Of a stretch of DNA of 64,000 nucleotides, positions 35,407 through 45,046 are shown piece after piece. Position 1 is the stretch's first letter, and the number at the start of each line of letters is the position of its first letter. A program made the translations under genes and the position numbers. Source of the DNA: Candidatus Sulfotelmatobacter sp. (GTDB lineage: Bacteria; Acidobacteriota; Terriglobia; Terriglobales; Acidobacteriaceae). The notes beneath the pieces are model-generated. The model worked only from the letters and a program-made list of their open reading frames with translations. It did no database searches and had not been told where the DNA came from. Location of the stretch: contig JBAVZU010000066.1 of NCBI GenBank assembly GCA_049588915.1, forward strand, positions 725 through 64,724. The letters are read 5' to 3'.

Positions 35407-36891
35407 CTACTTTCTTCTCCAGCGCACACCATCTTTCGTGTTTTCGATTACAACCCCGGCGTTAGTCAGTTCCGCGCGTAGAGCGTCTGAGATTTTGAAA
35501 TTGCGTCCGCGCCGCGCAGCTTCCATTTCGGCAACTTTCTTCTCGATGTCAGCGTCGGAAAGTTTGCCGGACTGCAGCGCCTCTCGTAGTTCCGGGCTGA
35601 TATCTTGTTCGCGCCCTTCACTCGGCGCCCACTCGAATACCTCTTTCATCTTTGGTCCGTCGTCATCTTCAAGAACCGCGAAAATCTCATCAAATTGCTC
35701 CAGTGCAACCCGCAGGCACGGCACGTCACTCTGTTTGATGCTATTCGCGTCGAAAGCGGCATTCGCGCTGCGCACCATCTCGAAAATTGCAGCCTGGGCC
35801 TGCGCTGTGTTCAGGTCGTCTTCCAACGAGGACTTCAGCTTGTTAATAGTTTCCGCAGCCAGCGCCTGCATTCCAGGATTTGAGCCGGGCGGCAGATTTT
35901 CCGCGGTCAAGCGCTGACGAAAATTCCGCAGTCGTTCCACCGAGACAGCCGCCTGCTTCAAGCCATCGAAGGTGAAATTTAACTGATTGCGATAAGGCAC
36001 GGAAGCAAGCAGGTAACGGATCGACGACGGTTTGTGTCCCTTTAGCACAAGATCGCGCAGCGTGAAGAAATTGCCAAGGCTTTTCGACATCTTCTCGCCT
36101 TCGACCAAAAGAAAACGAACATGAAACCAGAAACGGGCGAAAATCTTCCCGGTAAGCGACTCGGATTGCGCAATTTCATTTTCATGATGCGGAAAGACGA
36201 GATCTTCCCCTCCAGCATGAAGATCAAAACTCTCACCCAGTTCCTCCATCGACATCACCGAGCACTCCAGATGCCAGCCCGGCCGCCCCGGTCCGATCGG
36301 CGTATCCCATGAGGCTTCACCCGGCTTGGGCGCCTTCCATAGCGCGAAATCGCGCGCGCTATCTTTATCGTACTCGTCCAAATCCACGCGCGCGCTATCC
36401 AGCATTCCACCGAAATCTTTCTTCGAGAGTTTCCCATAGCGTGGAAAGCTGGCGATACGGAAGTAATAGGAACCATCCTCCGTACGATAGGCGTTGCCGC
36501 GCTCTACGAGTTTGGCGACAGAGTTAGCCATCTCTCTAATATGTTCGGTCGCGCGCACCAATTTCGGCTGCTGGATGCCGATCATGGCACAGTCTTCGAG
36601 GAACGCCTTCTGGTATTTTGCGGTGTACTGCTGAACGCTCACGTGGTCACGAGCCGCATTGCGGATAATCTTATCGTCCACGTCCGTAATGTTCATGACG
36701 TAACGCACGGTATATCCCGACTGGCGCAGGAATCGCTGCAACAAATCCACGGCAATGAAAGTGCGAAAGTTGCCGATATGTCCGTAGTCGTACACGGTGG
36801 GGCCACAGGCATACATGCGGACTTCGCCCGCGCGCATCGGCTGGAACTCCTCGACCTGCGAGGACATGGTGTTGTAAAGGCGTAGGGCCAT
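35407..36891 (-). CDS. cysS: Cysteine--tRNA ligase
   Basis: HIGH-type motif YDYGHIGNFRT and the KMSKS motif. Length 494 aa. Confidence 0.95.
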   Translation of the reverse strand: MALRLYNTMSSQVEEFQPMRAGEVRMYACGPTVYDYGHIGNFRTFIAVDLLQRFLRQSGYTVRYVMNITDVDDKIIRNAARDHVSVQQYTAKYQKAFLEDCAMIGIQQPKLVRATEHIREMANSVAKLVERGNAYRTEDGSYYFRIASFPRYGKLSKKDFGGMLDSARVDLDEYDKDSARDFALWKAPKPGEASWDTPIGPGRPGWHLECSVMSMEELGESFDLHAGGEDLVFPHHENEIAQSESLTGKIFARFWFHVRFLLVEGEKMSKSLGNFFTLRDLVLKGHKPSSIRYLLASVPYRNQLNFTFDGLKQAAVSVERLRNFRQRLTAENLPPGSNPGMQALAAETINKLKSSLEDDLNTAQAQAAIFEMVRSANAAFDANSIKQSDVPCLRVALEQFDEIFAVLEDDDGPKMKEVFEWAPSEGREQDISPELREALQSGKLSDADIEKKVAEMEAARRGRNFKISDALRAELTNAGVVIENTKDGVRWRRK

Positions 36892-36949
36892 AGAGGATTG
36901 TGGCGATCAGAGATGAACCCTTGATTTTAGGGTGACGCGCGAAACAGGG

Positions 36950-37549
36950 TCAACTGGCGCGGAGATCGACCGAAGCATGCGGAGCCACTGCGTGTGCCTG
37001 GGACCGCAGCCGCTGCTGCACCAAAATAACATAATGGAGTGCGGAGATGATTGTGAAAGAGAAAGTGGCGCGCAGAAAAACTGTGCGTGTAATCCAAACC
37101 CAGCGTTCAGGTCGAATGCTGAACAGCATCACAAAGAAGACGGCGGCAATCTGAGAAAAAGTGTTGGCCTTGCCAAAAATACTCGGCTGAAAGTTTCGCA
37201 ACCCTGCAATCGCGAATAAGACCGCGCTGGCCGCTAGAATGGAGATATCGCGACTGAACACCAGCACCGTAAACTTCCATGGAATCTTATGCAGAATAGA
37301 GAGGACCAGAAACAGAGTGCTCAGCAATAGCTTGTCTGCGATGGGATCGAGATACTGGCCGAGAAGAGTTTGCTGGTGCAGCCTGCGGGCCAGCTGGCCG
37401 TCCAGTCCATCGCTGAAACCGGCAATCACGAACAGAATCAACGCTCGCAAATAGCGGCCTTCGACCAGTTCGATCACGATGAATGGAACAAAGATCATCC
37501 GCAGCAGCGTGAGCTGATTGGGCGCGGTCAGGATCTGAGAAAGCCTCAT
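36950..37549 (-). CDS. pgsA: CDP-diacylglycerol--glycerol-3-phosphate 3-phosphatidyltransferase
   Basis: PNQLTLLRM..SDGLDGQLARRLHQQTLLGQYLDPIADKLL. About 200 aa with multiple TM segments. Confidence 0.85.
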   Translation of the reverse strand: MRLSQILTAPNQLTLLRMIFVPFIVIELVEGRYLRALILFVIAGFSDGLDGQLARRLHQQTLLGQYLDPIADKLLLSTLFLVLSILHKIPWKFTVLVFSRDISILAASAVLFAIAGLRNFQPSIFGKANTFSQIAAVFFVMLFSIRPERWVWITRTVFLRATFSFTIISALHYVILVQQRLRSQAHAVAPHASVDLRAS

Positions 37550-38037
37550 GCCTGTCCCTTGTTCTTGAGGGCTGCCGAGGTCGCCATGGTTTGAGAATCG
37601 CTGCCTTGAGAATCATGGATTTGACAATCATGAATTTGAGAATCATGAGTTTGACAATCATCGATTCTTTTCCGGATTGAAGAGCCGAATGTTGCGGCGG
37701 GTTTGAGCCCGGTTTTAGCCGAGAAACGCTGCGAAAGCGAAGGCAAATTTCCATCCGAAAGATCAAGCTCGATTCGTTCAATCCGGTGCATGTGAAAGAA
37801 AACGACCGCGGGAGTGAACGGCTCGCCGTCTTTCACCATCACTACCAGGTCTTCAAAGGAAGCCAACTCAATGCCGCTCATGCTGAGCCCCTCAGGCGCT
37901 AACGAAAGAATCATGCCCCAGAACTTATCTCGCGGATTACCCAGGGTTACCACCACCATCGATCCTGACGAGAAAGGAGCAGTGGAACGCGGCTGCGCTG
38001 ATGCGCTGGTATCATCCGCATGAGGGCTTTCTGGCAT
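37546..38037 (-). CDS. Hypothetical protein with a C-terminal (I/T)HD(S/C)Q pentapeptide repeat tail
   Basis: ATG 38037 is chosen because the longer ORF (to 38172) would overlap the galK start. The core VVVTLGNPRDKFWGMILSLAPEGLSMSGIELASFEDLV looks like a real domain, but I recognise no family. The stop overlaps the pgsA start. Confidence 0.5.
   Translation of the reverse strand: MPESPHADDTSASAQPRSTAPFSSGSMVVVTLGNPRDKFWGMILSLAPEGLSMSGIELASFEDLVVMVKDGEPFTPAVVFFHMHRIERIELDLSDGNLPSLSQRFSAKTGLKPAATFGSSIRKRIDDCQTHDSQIHDCQIHDSQGSDSQTMATSAALKNKGQA
37591..37665. repeat. Five tandem 15-nt units (TTGAGAATCATGGAT / TTGACAATCATGAAT type)
   Basis: Units read at 37591, 37606, 37621, 37636 and 37651. They are in frame (5 codons each) with the minus-strand ORF tail. 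Confidence 0.85.
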
Positions 38038-38130
38038 GGAACGATTGTCGCCGCCACGGCGGGGACTTTGCAACTGCCAAGGACCATTTATTCCAGGCGT
38101 CGAGCGTTTCGGAGATCCGGAGTTTTCGAA

Positions 38131-39282
38131 ATGGAGATGTCGAGCCACCTGCAAGCCAATTTCAGCCAGCATTTTGGTACCCCCTCAGAGGTCTATCGTG
38201 CACCTGGCAGGGTGAATCTGATCGGCGAACACACCGACTACAACGAAGGCTATGTAATGCCGTCGGCGATCGATCTTTGCTGTTGGGTCGCGATCGGGCA
38301 GCGCGAGGATCGTACTCTCGCCTTCTATTCGGAAAATTTAGGAGATTCGACGGAATTAGACCTGGCAAAGCAGGCTCCCGAGCCATCGAAAAACTGGAGC
38401 GATTATCCGATAGGCGTTGCGACGACGCTGCAGCACGCAGGCTATTCTGTGCGGGGCGCCAATCTTTACATCAAAACTGAAGTGCCCCTTGGGGCCGGGC
38501 TGAGCTCTTCGGCGGCCCTTGAAGTTGCAGTCGGATACGCACTGCTCGAAGCTTCGGGATACGAGATCGAAACGCTGCCGCTCGCTCAACTCTGCCAGCG
38601 CGCCGAAAATGAGTTTGTAGGCGCTCGATGCGGCATCATGGACCAATTCACGGCCTGCCACGGCCAGAAGGGAAAAGCGCTCCTGCTGGATTGTCGCTCT
38701 CTGGAATATTCGCCTGTGACTTTACCGGATAACGTCGCATTGACTGTCTGCAACACAAAAGTGAAGCACGCAATTGCCGGCGGCGAGTATAACCAGCGAC
38801 GCTCGGAATGTGAGGAGGCGGTGAGGCTCATTGCCCAATCCACGCCGCATGTTCGTGCGCTTCGCGACATCGATAGCAGGGAACTCGAAAGTCATCGCCG
38901 GTTATTGACGCCTGTCCTTTATAAGCGCGCCCGCCACGTCGTGAGCGAGAATGAACGGGTAAAAGCCGCTGCCCAAGCTTTGGAGCACGAGGACATTGGC
39001 GGCTTTGGCGAGTTAATGCGCGCGTCGCATCGCAGCCTGCGCGATGATTATGAAGTCAGCTGTCGCGAGCTGGATATGATGGTTGAGATCGCCGAACGCC
39101 AGCCATCTACTTATGGATCGCGGATGACAGGGGGCGGCTTTGGCGGATGCACCATCAACCTGATCGATGCTGAGAAAAGTGAGGAATTCAAAACGCGTGT
39201 GGCTGCGGAGTACAAATCCGCAACCGGCATCACTCCCGATATTTATCTAGTTAAACCTTCGCGAGGCGTCGGCGCCGCTTGA
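38131..39282 (+). CDS. galK: Galactokinase
   Basis: ATG 38131. Motifs GRVNLIGEHTDYNEGYV and the GHMP motif PLGAGLSSSAALEVA. Confidence 0.9.
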   Translation: MEMSSHLQANFSQHFGTPSEVYRAPGRVNLIGEHTDYNEGYVMPSAIDLCCWVAIGQREDRTLAFYSENLGDSTELDLAKQAPEPSKNWSDYPIGVATTLQHAGYSVRGANLYIKTEVPLGAGLSSSAALEVAVGYALLEASGYEIETLPLAQLCQRAENEFVGARCGIMDQFTACHGQKGKALLLDCRSLEYSPVTLPDNVALTVCNTKVKHAIAGGEYNQRRSECEEAVRLIAQSTPHVRALRDIDSRELESHRRLLTPVLYKRARHVVSENERVKAAAQALEHEDIGGFGELMRASHRSLRDDYEVSCRELDMMVEIAERQPSTYGSRMTGGGFGGCTINLIDAEKSEEFKTRVAAEYKSATGITPDIYLVKPSRGVGAA

Positions 39283-39288
39283 GTATGG

Positions 39289-39320
39289 AGTGAGGGCAGA
39301 TTTCACGCCCTGCCCTCACT
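39289..39320 (+). terminator. Strong hairpin between galK and tRNA-Val (11-bp perfect stem), no U-tract
   Basis: AGTGAGGGCAG (39289-39299) pairs with CTGCCCTCACT (39310-39320) around a 10-nt loop. It could terminate either convergent transcript. Confidence 0.45.
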
Positions 39321-39471
39321 GTTCCGCAGTCGACATTGCTCTCACTGATGAGGGCACGTGAGTTCTCGAGGTAAAGGCTAAGGGCGATCGCTTGCTGTTT
39401 CCGTCCATCTGATAGTGACGTAATGGCTGGACCAGCCAGGAGCCGAACCGTGATTGAATGTATTGACTGAA

Positions 39472-39549
39472 TGGTAGGCCCGAATGGACTCGAACCATCG
39501 ACCTCATCCGTGTCAAGGATGCGCTCTAACCAGACTGAGCTACGGGCCT
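39472..39549 (-). tRNA. tRNA-Val (anticodon GAC), CCA encoded
   Basis: Hand-folded cloverleaf. Acceptor AGGCCCG/CGGGCCT. D arm GCTC-AGTCTGGTTA-GAGC. Anticodon arm CATCC-TTGACAC-GGATG. T arm GATGG-TTCGAGT-CCATT. Discriminator A followed by CCA. Confidence 0.95.
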
Positions 39550-39736
39550 ACACGTCGAAAGGTTGCGGCTTCAATTCTAAAGGGCGTTGGGTGATTACGG
39601 CAACGGTGTGGCTCAAGTAACTTGGAATGCCGCAAAAGAGTTAAGAGTCGTCTTCGCAGATCCAGCCAGGTCGACAGAGTGCTTTCAAATCCCGAGAGCC
39701 CGCTAGAGAAAGCGCCTTTGGTGACACCCCTCCAGC

Positions 39737-40132
39737 TCACTTCAGAATTATCTCCGCGTTCTCCTGAAACTCACCTTGAGGCTGGCCATAATCAACCAGT
39801 TTGTAGCGCACCTGTGGCTTAGGGAGGTCTTCGTGCTCCCCCATGGCGAACAGGGTAATGGTGCCTCCATTTTCAAAGAAAAACAGACTAACGCTTTGTT
39901 GGCCATCTCCCGATGAGGCGTGAAGAACGGGATGCCCGTTAAACAAATACTTCTTGGGTGGTTTTTCCCGGTTCGTGGCTTTCCCCTTGCCATCAAATGC
40001 ATCATTCAAGGCCTGCCCCAGACTGGCATAGCGGTTTGAATTAACCAGTTTCTTCAAATAATTGTTCGCCTGCGCTTGCTGCATGGGAGGCTTCGTCAAA
40101 GTTCCGTCTCTCTTCATGATGACCATCAGCAT
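39737..40132 (-). CDS. Hypothetical 131-aa protein
   Basis: ATG 40132 lies 5 nt after AAGGAG. No family recognised. The C-terminal segment SVSLFFFENGGTITLFAMGEHED is faintly RelE/ParE-like, but that is unsupported. Confidence 0.5.
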   Translation of the reverse strand: MLMVIMKRDGTLTKPPMQQAQANNYLKKLVNSNRYASLGQALNDAFDGKGKATNREKPPKKYLFNGHPVLHASSGDGQQSVSLFFFENGGTITLFAMGEHEDLPKPQVRYKLVDYGQPQGEFQENAEIILK

Positions 40133-40266
40133 AAAGACTCCTTGTGGTTGCAGGATCTTTCTTGGTTCAAGGGGGGAAGTTTACACCCACTTGCGGTTTC
40201 GCCATATTGTGAGACGGCAATTTTTCACACCCCCTTTGGCTTAGACACAACTCTGAATCCCACTTT

Positions 40267-43200
40267 TTACCGTTCGCAACCCGTGTTGCCGATTCCAGTG
40301 AGGATGGGCAACGGCGCCTGTTTATTGGCGGCAAGAACCGCGTTGAAGGCGGCGAGACTCTGTTCGTTCAACCGCCGCCAGCTCGCGAGATCCTTGTCGA
40401 GGGCCTCGCAACTTTGTTGCGTTGCTAACCGAACGGTGTCTGCCGGACGCATGTCGGCGCTTTCCACGCTGAAAAGGAGCCGAGCCAGGTCGCGGTTCAC
40501 GGGTCCAAATCCCGGAGCGCGCTTGGTCCCCTTGTCGATGGCATCGATCTTCTTTTCGAAGTCGGCCACAGCGTCCTTTGTCTCTTTGGTTGCCGACTGC
40601 TTCAAGGCGTCCGTCCGTTCGGTGAAAGCTTTACGCAAAGCTGCGACCTGGTAAAAGGCATCTGAACTCGCCTTCATTGCCCGGCTGATTCGCTGCGCCA
40701 AATCGAGTTGGTCAGACAGGTCGGCGGCCGAGGCATGAACTCGCGGATCAAGTTCCACCGTGAGAGGCTGTTGCAAGCTCTGACCGCCCATCCGTAGTTC
40801 GACGGTGTACTTGCCGGGCAACACCAGTGGTCCGCGAGGTTGCAGGCGTGGCGTGAGGCCCGGTACGGCGTGATCGGCCAGAGTGTACTCGGTGTACTCC
40901 AGCAGTTTGCCGTAGTACCCGTACGGAAGCGAAGGCGGGGGCGGATACCGCAGATCCCACACAAAGCGATTGACGCCCGCAGCCTTGGACAAAGTGGCCT
41001 CTGGAGCAAACCAGTAGTTGGGAGCATTGGCGGGAAGATACGCGGCCGGCTTTGCTTCGCTGGAAAATCGCGCCACCTCGGCGCCCTTCCCATCGTGAAT
41101 CGTCAGCGTCATGTCGCCCGCCGGCGGCGTCTTCAGGTAGTAGTCAAGGATCGCTCCGTCGGGCGGGTTCTTGCCGGCCGGAGTTTCGATGGGATAGGGC
41201 GTGTCCTGATAGTTCTCCCACCGCACACGCATGGCAGGTGCAGGCACAAAGATGTGCGCGTCAGCGGCAGAGATTTGGGGATTGATCTCGCGCAAGAGAG
41301 CGATGTCGTCGAGAATCCAGAGGCTCCTTCCGAAGGTCGAGATTACCAAGTCGTTGTTATGGACCTGGAGATCGGTGATGGGTGTTGCGGGGAGATTCAA
41401 GGAAAATGGCTGCCAGTGGTCGCCACGGTCCCATGAGATGTATATGCCGGTATCGGTGCCGGCATAGAGCAGACCCTTGCGCTTGGAATCTTCGCGCACC
41501 ACGCGAACCATTTCGTGTTCCGGAAATCCGTTGACGATCTTCTGCCAGGTCTGGCCGTAGTCCTCAGTGCGAGCGACATATGGAGGAGTGGACTGTCGCG
41601 TCGCGCCGACCGTCAGATAGGCGGTGCCCGGATCGTGATGCGAGGCTTCGATGTACAGGATCTCGGTGGGCTCGCTCAGTCCGGGCGGAGAGACGTCTTG
41701 CCAGTGCTTTCCACCGTCGCGAGAAAGTTGAACGAGCCGGTTGCTCGTGCCAGCCCAGATTACACCTGATTGAACGATCGAAGGTGAAAGTGCTGTAATG
41801 GCCGGTGGACGCGGCTTGTCCGGATCGGGCTTCTCCGGCTCCTCCTGCTCGCCATAGCCGGTAAGGTCCGGACTGATCTCCCTCCAGCTCTTGCCTCCGT
41901 CGACCGTCTTGAGCACAAACTGCATGCCCAAGAGGAGAGTGGACGTATCCTGGGGCGAGAAGACCAGAGGCGGCATTTGCGAGGCGCGATATTTTTTGCC
42001 GCGCTCGAAGACGGTTGCGATTTGACCGGTCGATTTATCGTAACGAATCACCGACCCATACCATCCTCCGCTGTAAACAAAGTTGGGGTGCGCCGGGTCG
42101 GGAGTGATGTACGCGTACTCAAAGCCCCCCATGGAAAACCAATCCTGCAGAAGAATCTCGCCGTAGTCGCTGCGACTGATTACGCCAGCCGTACCACTGT
42201 CCTGCTGTGCTCCATAGGCGCGATAGGGGAACAAGTTGTCGGTGGAAATATGGTAGAACTGGCCGGTTGGCTGGTTGTACCAGGAACTCCAGGTCTTGCC
42301 AGCGTCCACCGTGACAATCGCTCCCTGATCTACACCGAAGATCATGCGCGCCGGATCGCGAGGGTCGATCCACGCCACGTGGAAATCGTCGCCGCTGGGA
42401 GCTCCAGCGAAAGCTTCGAACGTCTTGCCGCCGTCGGTGGACCGATACATGGAGGTCTGCGATACGTACAGCACGTCGGGATTCCGGGTGTCGACAAAGA
42501 CGCGGCTGAAATATTCATCGCCGGTCACCCGCGGATCCTTGGTGGACTGTTGCCACGTTGCGCCTCCGTCATCGGAGCGGAAGAACCCCTGCTCCATGAT
42601 GGCGTACAGGCGGCGCCCACCGGTCCCCGGAGCGACCGCGATGCCAACCCTCCCGCGAGCCTTCTCAGGCAGGCCGGTACTGGCAAGTGGAGTCCAGGTC
42701 GCACCACTATCTGCGGACTTCACGATGTTTGCGGTGGCTTCTGTGGCAGAATCGCCATAGCCGGATGCGGGACGATAGAGCACCGCGTACAACGTTGCTG
42801 GATCGCCGGGATCGGAGCATAGGTCGACGACCCCGATCGAGTCTTCCGCGGAGAACACTTTCGTCCAGATCTTGCCGCCGTCAACGGTTCGAAAGATTCC
42901 GCGGTTGGCTGTTTTTGCCGTTGCCGGAACGGGCCGCCAAAGTATACCGAAGCCGATCGAGTTTCCGCCGACCACGGCGACGTCGGGATTCTTGGGGTCC
43001 ACGATGATCGCCTGTATGAAAGGCACGTCCTGCAGCCCCACGTTCTGCCATGTGGCGCCTGCGTCCGTTGAGCGATAGACACCATTACCCCGCGTCTGTT
43101 CCCCGGTTCCGACATATAGAACGTTAGAATCGGACGGAGCTATCGCCAGTGCTCCGATGGACGCGACCCGTTCTTTGTCGAAAATCGGCTGCCAGACTTG

Positions 43201-43476
43201 TCCTCCGTCAGTAGTTTTCCAGACTCCACCACCAGGGGTAGCGAAATAATAGGTATTCGGGTCAGCCGCGCCAGCGACGGCCGTAACTCGCCCGCCGCGA
43301 AATGGGCCAATTGACCTCCACTGCATGCCGGAAAGAAGTTTGCTATCGATTGGTTCCTGGCTCGAAAGATTGACTGGCAAAATGGAGATGAAGGCAATGA
43401 GTGCAAGAAAGAGCCGGAGGCGTACTCCGTACAAGACAGTTTTCATTTGGATTTCCATCTTCTGATCGCACCCCAT
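40267..43476 (-). CDS. Secreted sortilin/VPS10-type BNR (Asp-box) repeat beta-propeller protein
   Basis: Many Asp-boxes: STDAGATW, TVDGGKIW, SADSGATW, SDDGGATW, STDGGKTF, TVDAGKTW, TVDGGKSW, SRDGGKHW, TEDYGQTW. The likely start is ATG 43446 (MKTVLYGVRLRLFLALIAFISIL). Confidence 0.85.
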   Translation of the reverse strand: MGCDQKMEIQMKTVLYGVRLRLFLALIAFISILPVNLSSQEPIDSKLLSGMQWRSIGPFRGGRVTAVAGAADPNTYYFATPGGGVWKTTDGGQVWQPIFDKERVASIGALAIAPSDSNVLYVGTGEQTRGNGVYRSTDAGATWQNVGLQDVPFIQAIIVDPKNPDVAVVGGNSIGFGILWRPVPATAKTANRGIFRTVDGGKIWTKVFSAEDSIGVVDLCSDPGDPATLYAVLYRPASGYGDSATEATANIVKSADSGATWTPLASTGLPEKARGRVGIAVAPGTGGRRLYAIMEQGFFRSDDGGATWQQSTKDPRVTGDEYFSRVFVDTRNPDVLYVSQTSMYRSTDGGKTFEAFAGAPSGDDFHVAWIDPRDPARMIFGVDQGAIVTVDAGKTWSSWYNQPTGQFYHISTDNLFPYRAYGAQQDSGTAGVISRSDYGEILLQDWFSMGGFEYAYITPDPAHPNFVYSGGWYGSVIRYDKSTGQIATVFERGKKYRASQMPPLVFSPQDTSTLLLGMQFVLKTVDGGKSWREISPDLTGYGEQEEPEKPDPDKPRPPAITALSPSIVQSGVIWAGTSNRLVQLSRDGGKHWQDVSPPGLSEPTEILYIEASHHDPGTAYLTVGATRQSTPPYVARTEDYGQTWQKIVNGFPEHEMVRVVREDSKRKGLLYAGTDTGIYISWDRGDHWQPFSLNLPATPITDLQVHNNDLVISTFGRSLWILDDIALLREINPQISAADAHIFVPAPAMRVRWENYQDTPYPIETPAGKNPPDGAILDYYLKTPPAGDMTLTIHDGKGAEVARFSSEAKPAAYLPANAPNYWFAPEATLSKAAGVNRFVWDLRYPPPPSLPYGYYGKLLEYTEYTLADHAVPGLTPRLQPRGPLVLPGKYTVELRMGGQSLQQPLTVELDPRVHASAADLSDQLDLAQRISRAMKASSDAFYQVAALRKAFTERTDALKQSATKETKDAVADFEKKIDAIDKGTKRAPGFGPVNRDLARLLFSVESADMRPADTVRLATQQSCEALDKDLASWRRLNEQSLAAFNAVLAANKQAPLPILTGIGNTGCER

Positions 43477-43607
43477 TCTCTGGCAATTGACGCTATGACA
43501 CTGTAATGCCTTACATTTGACCCGTTCCTCTGAGCGGTAAGGCGGTGGCCGACCAGCGCCCGGGCGGCGTGATGTTTCTGGCGAAAGTGTGAGGAAATAG
43601 TTTCTCT

Positions 43608-45041
43608 CTATTCCCCTGTTCTAGGTGTGACACTGCAAGCTTCCGCGGAAGGACTGCTCGGGCTGCAATTCAAATCTTTGTCCTTCGTCTCGCTTGATGT
43701 TTTCCGATAAAGGACTTTGAGAAAAATAAAGTAAACGACGGCCGCTGCAACAAGCGAAACCAAGGAAGCCATCATGCTGGCGGGGGCCAGCTTTGCGATG
43801 ACGAAGCCAGAAACCAGCGCGGTGACAGCGGCTAGATTCACTCCATGAGTATAGAAACAGGATCCTTTATCTTCGTATGCTTCGTGCAAGTTCAGCCGAG
43901 AACGGCGGATGACAAAGTAGTCGCACAAAAGAATTCCGATCAGGGGGGAGAAGAGATCCGAGAGCGCAAGCAGGAAGCTTCCAAAGTACCGAGTAACTCG
44001 AGAAGCGGCCAGAATTGTTCCCAGGGCACCCATCAATGCTGTACTCTGCCAACGCGAAATCCTGGGGAACATATTGGCCAAAGCCAGCCCAGAGGAGTAC
44101 AGGTTCGCATTATTCGCTGTCCAGCTAGAAGCGATGATCACGATCAGTGCCGGAGCGCCAAGTCCCAGCCTCTGCACCACGCTCACCGCATTCCAGTCCC
44201 CGGTCGCCAGCTTCGAAAGAGCTCCAACCATCCCTAAGAATAAAGATGGCGGAAACGCGCCGAGCATGCACCCAATCCAGTTGTCCCGCTCGCTGACCAC
44301 GTAGCGGGAAATGTCCGAGGCGGTGAAGACGCCGACGATGAGTCCTCCCATAACCAAATCCAGGCCTGTTGTGAGCGACAAGCTGTGGGTGGGGGTGAAG
44401 TGAACGAGGTTCCAATACCCGTACTTTGAAATGATGACGTACAGAATCCATATGCAGAGGCCGGTCAAGCCTGGAACCGCCAGGCGGCTCAGCCATTTTA
44501 TGTTTTCAAAACCGAAAATCGGAGGAAGAGAATTCAGAACGCCGATCAACGCAATGACGATGGCAGTATTGGAAAAGCCGGGCACTCCTTGCAGAGCATC
44601 GTGGGTCGCTTGTCCCGCTAGTTCCGCGGTAACGCCAAACCATCCGACCATCGAGATAAGGATGATGATGGACGAAATCCAGGAACCGCGCGGATGGCCC
44701 ATTGAAAAGCGGCTCGCCACCGTTGTCGAGACGCCGTAGTCGACACCGAAGTAGCCCATCAAAGCCAGCAGCACACCGAGAATGATGTTACCCACCACCA
44801 GCGCCCAGCAGGCCTGCGCCCAACTCAAACCCGGGACGAGCAACCCCCCGAGCAGAAGGCTTGAAAGTGTGATGTTCACTCCGGCTTGAATGACAAACAG
44901 ATCCCACCAACCCTTGGTTCTCTCGCTCTTCGGCACAGCGTCGACGCCGTGCTGCTCGACTTGGAATGCCTCTAACGGCACAGATTCACTCCGGCACTGG
45001 CTACATCGGAAAGACAAAGGGTTCAGAATGAAGAGGTGCAA
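43608..45041 (-). CDS. NCS1-family permease (cytosine/purine/uracil/allantoin/hydantoin type)
   Basis: PKSERTKGWWDLFVIQAGVNI and about 12 TM helices. It starts 5 nt after the upstream DUF917 stop. Confidence 0.85.
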   Translation of the reverse strand: MHLFILNPLSFRCSQCRSESVPLEAFQVEQHGVDAVPKSERTKGWWDLFVIQAGVNITLSSLLLGGLLVPGLSWAQACWALVVGNIILGVLLALMGYFGVDYGVSTTVASRFSMGHPRGSWISSIIILISMVGWFGVTAELAGQATHDALQGVPGFSNTAIVIALIGVLNSLPPIFGFENIKWLSRLAVPGLTGLCIWILYVIISKYGYWNLVHFTPTHSLSLTTGLDLVMGGLIVGVFTASDISRYVVSERDNWIGCMLGAFPPSLFLGMVGALSKLATGDWNAVSVVQRLGLGAPALIVIIASSWTANNANLYSSGLALANMFPRISRWQSTALMGALGTILAASRVTRYFGSFLLALSDLFSPLIGILLCDYFVIRRSRLNLHEAYEDKGSCFYTHGVNLAAVTALVSGFVIAKLAPASMMASLVSLVAAAVVYFIFLKVLYRKTSSETKDKDLNCSPSSPSAEACSVTPRTGE

Positions 45042-45046
45042 ACCGG

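Noticed and set aside
35027-35917. 296-aa plus-strand ORF
   Set aside because: It is antisense to the fmdE-like gene and cysS. The translation is serine/arginine-rich and low complexity.
37591-37665. Tandem repeat arrays (also 5945-5974 and 53976-54017) considered as CRISPR
   Set aside because: The units are contiguous with no spacers, are only 14-15 nt long, number 2-5 copies, and no cas genes are present.
39316-39516. 66-aa minus-strand ORF
   Set aside because: It overlaps tRNA-Val and the terminator hairpin.
39472-40266. tRNA-Val considered as the integration site of a genomic island
   Set aside because: There is no integrase, no phage or transposon genes, and I found no direct repeat of the tRNA 3' end. 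Only a single orphan ORF lies next to it.
41977-42822. 281-aa plus-strand ORF, plus 40076-40654 and 40840-41436
   Set aside because: All three are antisense to the Asp-box-rich BNR propeller gene. No motifs are present and the composition is R-rich.
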